Positions 57,310-64,000 of a DNA stretch of 64,000 bases are shown here, piece after piece. Under the pieces are notes generated by a model that was not told where the DNA came from, ran no database searches, and saw nothing but the letters and a program-made list of their open reading frames with translations. The DNA is from Auanema rhodensis (taxonomy: Eukaryota > Animalia > Nematoda), in assembly GCA_964057225.1 (NCBI GenBank), contig OZ059900.1, forward strand, positions 434,001-498,000, in the 5' to 3' direction. The position numbers were made by a program, and so were the translations under genes. Position 1 is the first letter of the stretch; the number at the start of each line of letters is the position of its first letter.

Positions 57310-60300
57310 GATCATATTCGTTAAGATTTGAGAATCAAACACACAATGCACAAAATCAGTCTATTTTTATGAGCTTGCACTGATATAGATTCATTTTGAT
57401 CAAAAAAGGTCGAAAATAGAAAGAATTTTTGAAATTTCCGAGTTTTGAGTCCAATTTGGCTGAATCGCTCATATATATGATCAAAAGCATAGTTTTATTG
57501 TCTATAACAACAAAAGTCATCAATTAAACGCTAGTGATGTTTTAATACTGAATTTCGCTCAAATAGCATTACTACACTAAGTATGGTCGTTTTTATGCCT
57601 TTAACACCATATACTCACCGATTTTTGGTACAAAATCTGTAATACTCGTAAATTTTGATCATATTCGTTAAGATTTGAAAATCAAACACACAATAAACAA
57701 AATCAGTTTATTTTTATGAGTTTGCACTGATATATATTCATTTTGATCAAAAAAGGTCGAAAATAGAAAGAATTTTTGAAATTTCCGAGTTTTGAGTCCA
57801 ATTTGGCTGAATCGCTCATATATATGATCAAAAGCATAGTTTTATTGTCTATAACAACAAAAGTCATCAATTGAACGCTAGTGATGTTTTAATACTGAAT
57901 TTCGCTCAAATAGCATTACTACACTAAGTATGGTCGTTTTTATGCCTTTAACACCATATACTCACCGATTTTTGGTACAAAATCTGTAATACTCGTAAAT
58001 TTTGATCATATTCGTTAAGATTTGAGAATCAAACACACAATAAACAAAATCAGTTTATTTTTATGAGTTTGCACTGATATATATTCATTTTGATCAAAAA
58101 AGGTCGAAAATAGAAAGAATTTTGGAAATGTCCGAGTTTTGAGTCCAATTTGGCTAAATCGCTCATATATATGATCAAAAGCATAGTTTTATTGTCTATA
58201 ACAACAAAAGTCATCAATTAAACGCTAGTGATGTTCAAATACTGATTTTCGCTCAAATAGCATTACTACACTAAGTATGGTCGTTTTTATGCCTTTAACA
58301 CCATATACTCACCGATTTTTGGTACAAAATCTGTAATACTCGTAAATTTTGATCATATTCGTTAAGATTTGAGAATCATACACACAATACACAAAATCAG
58401 TCTATTTTTATGAGCTTGCACTGATATATATTCATTTTGATCAAAAAAGGTCGAAAATAGAAAGAATTTTTGAAATTTCCGAGTTTTGAGTCCAATTTGG
58501 CTAAATCGCTCATATATATGATCAAAAGCATAGTTTTATTGTCTATGACAACAAAAGTCATTAATTAAACACTAATGATGTTTAAATCACTAAATTTCGC
58601 TCAAATAGCATTACTACACTAAGTATGGTCGTTTTTATGCCTTTAACACCATATACTCACCGATTTTTGGTACAAAATCTGTAATACTCGTAAATTTTGA
58701 TCATATTCGTTAAGATTTGAGAATCAAACACACAATACACAAAATCAGTCTATTTTTATGAGCTTGCACTGATATAGATTCATTTTGATCAAAAAAGGTC
58801 GAAAATAGAAAGAATTTTTGAAATTTCCGAGTTTTGAGTCCAATTTGGCTGAATCGCTCATATATATGATCAAAAGCATAGTTTTATTGTCTATAACAAC
58901 AAAAGTCATCAATTAAACGCTAGTGATGTTTTAATACTGAATTTCGCTCAAATAGCATTACTACACTAAGTATGGTCGTTTTTATGCCTTTAACACCATA
59001 TACTCACCGATTTTTGGTACAAAATCTGTAATACTCGTAAATTTTGATCATATTCGTTAAGATTTGAAAATCAAACACACAATAAACAAAATCAGTTTAT
59101 TTTTATGAGTTTGCACTGATATATATTCATTTTGATCAAAAAAGGTCGAAAATAGAAAGAATTTTGGAAATGTCCGAGTTTTGAGTCCAATTTGGCTAAA
59201 TCGCTCTTATATATGATCAAAAGCATAGTTTTATTGTCTATGACAACAAAAGTCATTAATTAAACACTAATGATGTTTAAATCACTAAATTTCGCTCAAA
59301 TAGCATTACTACACTAAGTATGGTCGTTTTTATGCCTTTAACACCATATACTCACCGATTTTTGGTACAAAATCTGTAATACTCGTAAATTTTGATCATA
59401 TTCGTTAAGATTTGAGAATCAAACACACAATACACAAAATCAGTCTATTTTTATGAGTTTGCACTGATATATATTCATTTTGATCAAAAAAGGTCGAAAA
59501 TAGAAAGAATTTTGGAAATGTCCGAGTTTTGAGTCGAATTTGGCTAAATCGCTCATATATATGATCAAAAGCATAGTTTTATTGTCTATGACAACAAAAG
59601 TCATTAATTAAACACTAATGATGTTTAAATCACTAAATTTCGCTCAAATAGCATTACTACACTAAGTATGGTCGTTTTTATGCCTTTAACACCATATACT
59701 CACCGATTTTTGGTACAAAATCTGTAATACTCGTAAATTTTGATCATATTCGTTAAGATTTGAGAATCAAACACACAATACACAAAATCAGTCTATTTTT
59801 ATGAGCTTGCACTGATATAGATTCATTTTGATCAAAAAAGGTCGAAAATAGAAAGAATTTTTGAAATTTCCGAGTTTTGAGTCCAATTTGGCTGAATCGC
59901 TCATATATATGATCAAAAGCATAGTTTTATTGTCTATAACAACAAAAGTCATCAATTAAACGCTAGTGATGTTTTAATACTGAATTTCGCTCAAATAGCA
60001 TTACTACACTAAGTATGGTCGTTTTTATGCCTTTAACACCATATACTCACCGATTTTTGGTACAAAATCTGTAATACTCGTAAATTTTGATCATATTCGT
60101 TAAGATTTGAAAATCAAACACACAATAAACAAAATCAGTTTATTTTTATGAGTTTGCACTGATATATATTCATTTTGATCAAAAAAGGTCGAAAATAGAA
60201 AGAATTTTTGAATTTTCCGAGTTTTGAGTCCAATTGGGCTAAATCGCTTATATATATGATCAAAAGCATAGTTTTATTGTCTATGACAACAAAAGTCATT

Positions 60301-60783
60301 AATTAAACACTAATGATGTTTAAATCACTAAATTTCGCTCAAATAGCATTACTACACTAAGTATGGTCGTTTTTATGCCTTTAACACCATATACTCACCG
60401 ATTTTTGGTACAAAATCTGTAATACTCGTAAATTTTGATCATATTCGTTAAGATTTGAGAATCAAACACACAATAAACAAAATCAGTTTATTTTTATGAG
60501 TTTGCACTGATATATATTCATTTTGATCAAAAAAGGTCGAAAATAGAAAGAATTTTGGAAATGTCCGAGTTTTGAGTCCAATTTGGCTAAATCGCTCATA
60601 TATATGATCAAAAGCATAGTTTTATTGTCTATAACAACAAAAGTCATCAATTAAACGCTAGTGATGTTCAAATACTGATTTTCGCTCAAATAGCATTACT
60701 ACACTAAGTATGGTCGTTTTTATGCCTTTAACACCATATACTCACCGATTTTTGGTACAAAATCTGTAATACTTGTAAATTTT

Positions 60784-63700
60784 GATCATATTCGTTAAGA
60801 TTCGAGAATCAAACACATAATACACGAAATGAGTCTATTTTTATGAGTTTGCACTGATATTTATTTATTTTGATCAAAAAAGGTCGAAAATAGAAAGAAT
60901 TTTTGAATTTTCCGAGTTTTGAGTCCAATTGGGCTAAATCGCTCATATATATGATCAAAAGCATAGTTTTACTGTCTATAACAACAAAAGTCATCAATTA
61001 AACGCTAGTGATAATTAAATACTGATTTTCGCTCAAATAGCATTACTACACTAAGTATGGTCGTTTTTATGCCTTTAACACCATATACTCACCGATTTTT
61101 GGTACAAAATCTGTAATACTTGTAAATTTTGATCATATTCGTTAAGATTCGAGAATCAAACACATAATACACGAAATAAGTCTATTTTTATGAGTTTGCA
61201 CTGATATTTATTTATTTTGATCAAAAAAGGTCGAAAATAGAAAGAATTTTTGAATTTTCCGAGTTTTGAGTCCAATTGGGCTAAATCGCTCATATATATG
61301 ATCAAAAGCATAGTTTTACTGTCTATAACAACAAAAGTCATCAATTAAACGCTAGTGATATTTAAATACTGATTTTCGCTCAAGTAGCATTACTACACTA
61401 AGTATGGTCGTTTTTATGCCTTTAACACCATGTACTCACCGATTTTTGGTACAAAATCTGTAATACTTGTAAATTTTGATCATATTCGTTAAGATTTGAG
61501 AATCAAACATACAATACACAAAATCAGTCTATTTTTATGAGCTTGCACTGATATATATTCATTTTGATCAAAAAAGGTCGAAAATAGAAAGAATTTTTGA
61601 AATTTCCGAGTTTTGAGCCCAATTGGGCTAAATCGCTCATATATATGATCAAAAGCATAGTTTTTTTGTCTATGATAACAAAAGTCTTTGAATATACACT
61701 AATAATGTTTAAATCACTGAATTTCACTCAAATAGCATTACTACACTAAGTATGGTCGTTTTTATGCCTTTAACACCATATACTCACCGATTTTTGGTAC
61801 AAAATCTGTAATACTTGTAAATTTTGATCATATTCGTTAAGATTCGAGAATCAAACACATAATACACGAAATGAGTCTATTTTTATGAGTTTGCACTGAT
61901 ATTTATTTATTTTGATCAAAAAAGGTCGAAAATAGAAAGAATTTTTGAATTTTCCGAGTTTTGAGTCCAATTGGGCTAAATCGCTCATATATATGATCAA
62001 AAGCATAGTTTTACTGTCTATAACAACAAAAGTCATCAATTAAACGCTAGTGATAATTAAATACTGATTTTCGCTCAAATAGCATTACTACACTAAGTAT
62101 GGTCGTTTTTATGCCTTTAACACCATATACTCACCGATTTTTGGTACAAAATCTGTAATACTTGTAAATTTTGATCATATTCGTTAAGATTCGAGAATCA
62201 AACACATAATACACGAAATAAGTCTATTTTTATGAGTTTGCACTGATATTTATTTATTTTGATCAAAAAAGGTCGAAAATAGAAAGAATTTTTGAATTTT
62301 CCGAGTTTTGAGTCCAATTGGGCTAAATCGCTCATATATATGATCAAAAGCATAGTTTTACTGTCTATAACAACAAAAGTCATCAATTAAACGCTAGTGA
62401 TATTTAAATACTGATTTTCGCTCAAGTAGCATTACTACACTAAGTATGGTCGTTTTTATGCCTTTAACACCATGTACTCACCGATTTTTGGTACAAAATC
62501 TGTAATACTTGTAAATTTTGATCATATTCGTTAAGATTTGAGAATCAAACATACAATACACAAAATCAGTCTATTTTTATGAGCTTGCACTGATATATAT
62601 TCATTTTGATCAAAAAAGGTCGAAAATAGAAAGAATTTTTGAAATTTCCGAGTTTTGAGCCCAATTGGGCTAAATCGCTCATATATATGATCAAAAGCAT
62701 AGTTTTTTTGTCTATGATAACAAAAGTCTTTGAATATACACTAATAATGTTTAAATCACTGAATTTCACTCAAATAGCATTACTACACTAAGTATGGTCG
62801 TTTTTATGCCTCTAACACCATATACTCACCGATTTTTGGTACAAAATCTGTAATACTTGTAAATTTTGATCATATTCGTTAAGATTCGAGAATCAAACAC
62901 ATAATACACGAAATAAGTCTATTTTTATGAGTTTGCACTGATTATTATTCATTTTGATCAAAAAAGGTCGAAAATAGAAAGAATTTTTGAAATTTCCGAG
63001 TTTTGAGTCCAATTGGGCTAAATCGCTCATATATATGATCAAAAACATAGTTTTATTGTCTATAACAACAAAAGTCATCAATTAAACGCTAGTGATGTTT
63101 AAATACTGATTTTCGCTCAAATAGCATTACTACACTAAGTATGGTCGTTTTTATGCCTTTAACACCATATACTCACCGATTTTTGGTACAAAATCTGTGA
63201 TACTCGTAAATTTTGATCATATTCGGTGAGATTCGAGAATCAAACACACAATACACGAAATAAGTTTATTTTTACGAGTTTGCACTGATATTTATTCATT
63301 TTGATCAAAAAAGGTCGAAAATAGAAAGAATTTTTGAAATTTCCGAGTTTTGAGTCTAATTTGGCTAAATCGCTCATATATATGATCAAAAGCATAGTTT
63401 TATTGTCTATGATAACAAAAGTCTTCAAATATACACTAATAATGTTTAAATCACTGAATTTCACTCAAATAGCATTACTACACTAAGTATGGTCGTTTTT
63501 ATGCCTTTAACACCATATACTCACCGATTTTTGGTACAAAATCTGTAATACTTGTAAATTTTGATCATATTTGTTAAGATTTGAGAATCAAACACACAAT
63601 ACACAAAATCAGTATATTTTTATGAGTTTGCACTGATATATATTCATTTTGATCAAAAAAGGTCGAAAATAGAAAGAATTTTGGAAATGTCCGAGTTTTG

Positions 63701-63909
63701 AGTCGAATTTGGCTAAATCGCTCATATATATGATCAAAAGCATAGTTTTACTGTCTATAACAACAAAAGTCATCAATTAAACGCTAGTGATATTTAAATA
63801 CTGATTTTCGCTCAAGTAGCATTACTACACTAAGTATGGTCGTTTTTATGCCTTTAACACCATATACTCACCGATTTTTGGTACAAAATCTGTAATACTC
63901 GTAAATTTT
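60784..63909 (+). repeat. Diverged monomer subfamily block, copy 2 (9 monomers; first three duplicated in tandem, period 1042 bp)
   Basis: It carries the same private variants as 55226-57309. 60784-61825 is repeated at 61826-62867, mirrored by identical translated ORFs at 60809/61851, 61156/62198 and 61524/62566. Confidence 0.9.
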
Positions 63910-64000
63910 GATCATATTCGTTAAGATTTGAGAATCAAACACACAATGCACAAAATCAGTCTATTTTTATGAGCTTGCACTGATATAGATTCATTTTGAT

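Larger units (their letters stand above)
1..64000 (+). repeat. Tandem satellite DNA array, 347/348-bp AT-rich monomer, ~184 copies, single orientation
   Basis: The motif GATCATATT(C/T)GTTAAGATT recurs at 1, 348, 695, 1042 ... 63910 with 347- or 348-bp spacing, and the monomers differ only at scattered sites. The 348-bp copies carry a 1-bp longer variant (AAATCACTAA/AAATCACTGA versus AAATACTGA, or AATCACTACATAC versus AATCAAACATAC). Monomer 1 has 102/347 G+C. No foreign sequence is visible anywhere. Confidence 0.99.
52446..64000 (+). repeat. Block duplication with 16-monomer offset (5558 bp), expanding to 6600 bp after an internal 3-mer duplication
   Basis: GTCGAATTT 53975/59533, GCTTATA 54688/60246 and the diverged-block start 55226/60784 are offset by 5558 bp. 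After the extra 1042 bp, GTCGAATTT 57102/63702 and the AATGCAC monomer 57310/63910 are offset by 6600 bp. Confidence 0.87.

Noticed and set aside
55251-63464. Thirteen 62-74 aa minus-strand ORFs (MMTFVVIDSK..., MKFSDLNIIS...)
   Set aside because: All are the same frame of the satellite monomer. They pass the length cut-off only in diverged monomers, where a substitution removes a TGA (AAATCAGTC to AAATGAGTC/AAATAAGT) or adds upstream codons. They have AT-driven composition (I, K, F, L, N), no recognisable domain, and a length achievable by chance.
1-64000. CRISPR-like or other repeat-spacer array
   Set aside because: There are no unique spacers: the whole 347-bp unit is repeated, and no cas or other gene is present.
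1-64000. Assignment to a named satellite or species (e.g. beetle ~340-360-bp satellites, Drosophila 359-bp)
   Set aside because: Only size and AT content are similar; I cannot confirm sequence homology without a database search.

Overview
The whole 64 kb window is one uninterrupted, head-to-tail tandem array of an AT-rich 347/348-bp monomer: about 184 full copies plus a partial one, all in the same orientation, with about 29% GC counted on monomer 1. This is the architecture of eukaryotic satellite DNA, typically centromeric or pericentromeric heterochromatin; I cannot assign the family or species from memory. I see no genes, RNA genes, transposon insertions, inversions or CRISPR spacers, and the 13 listed ORFs are copies of one chance reading frame on the minus strand of the monomer. 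The informative structure lies in the pattern of variants. There are local higher-order repeats and block duplications with shifting periods (13-mer 4516 bp, 5-mer 1736 bp, 6-mer 2084 bp, 21-mer 7294 bp, 12-mer 4169 bp, 16-mer 5558 bp, 3-mer 1042 bp). There is also a ~32 kb long-range recurrence, chimeric monomers, a diverged monomer subfamily near the right end, traces of an ancestral ~174-bp (possibly ~87-bp) subunit, several dyad symmetries, and variation concentrated at some CpGs while others stay fixed. All periods were obtained by hand from shared diagnostic variants, so block boundaries are approximate to about one monomer. I find no evidence for a novel gene-encoded system.
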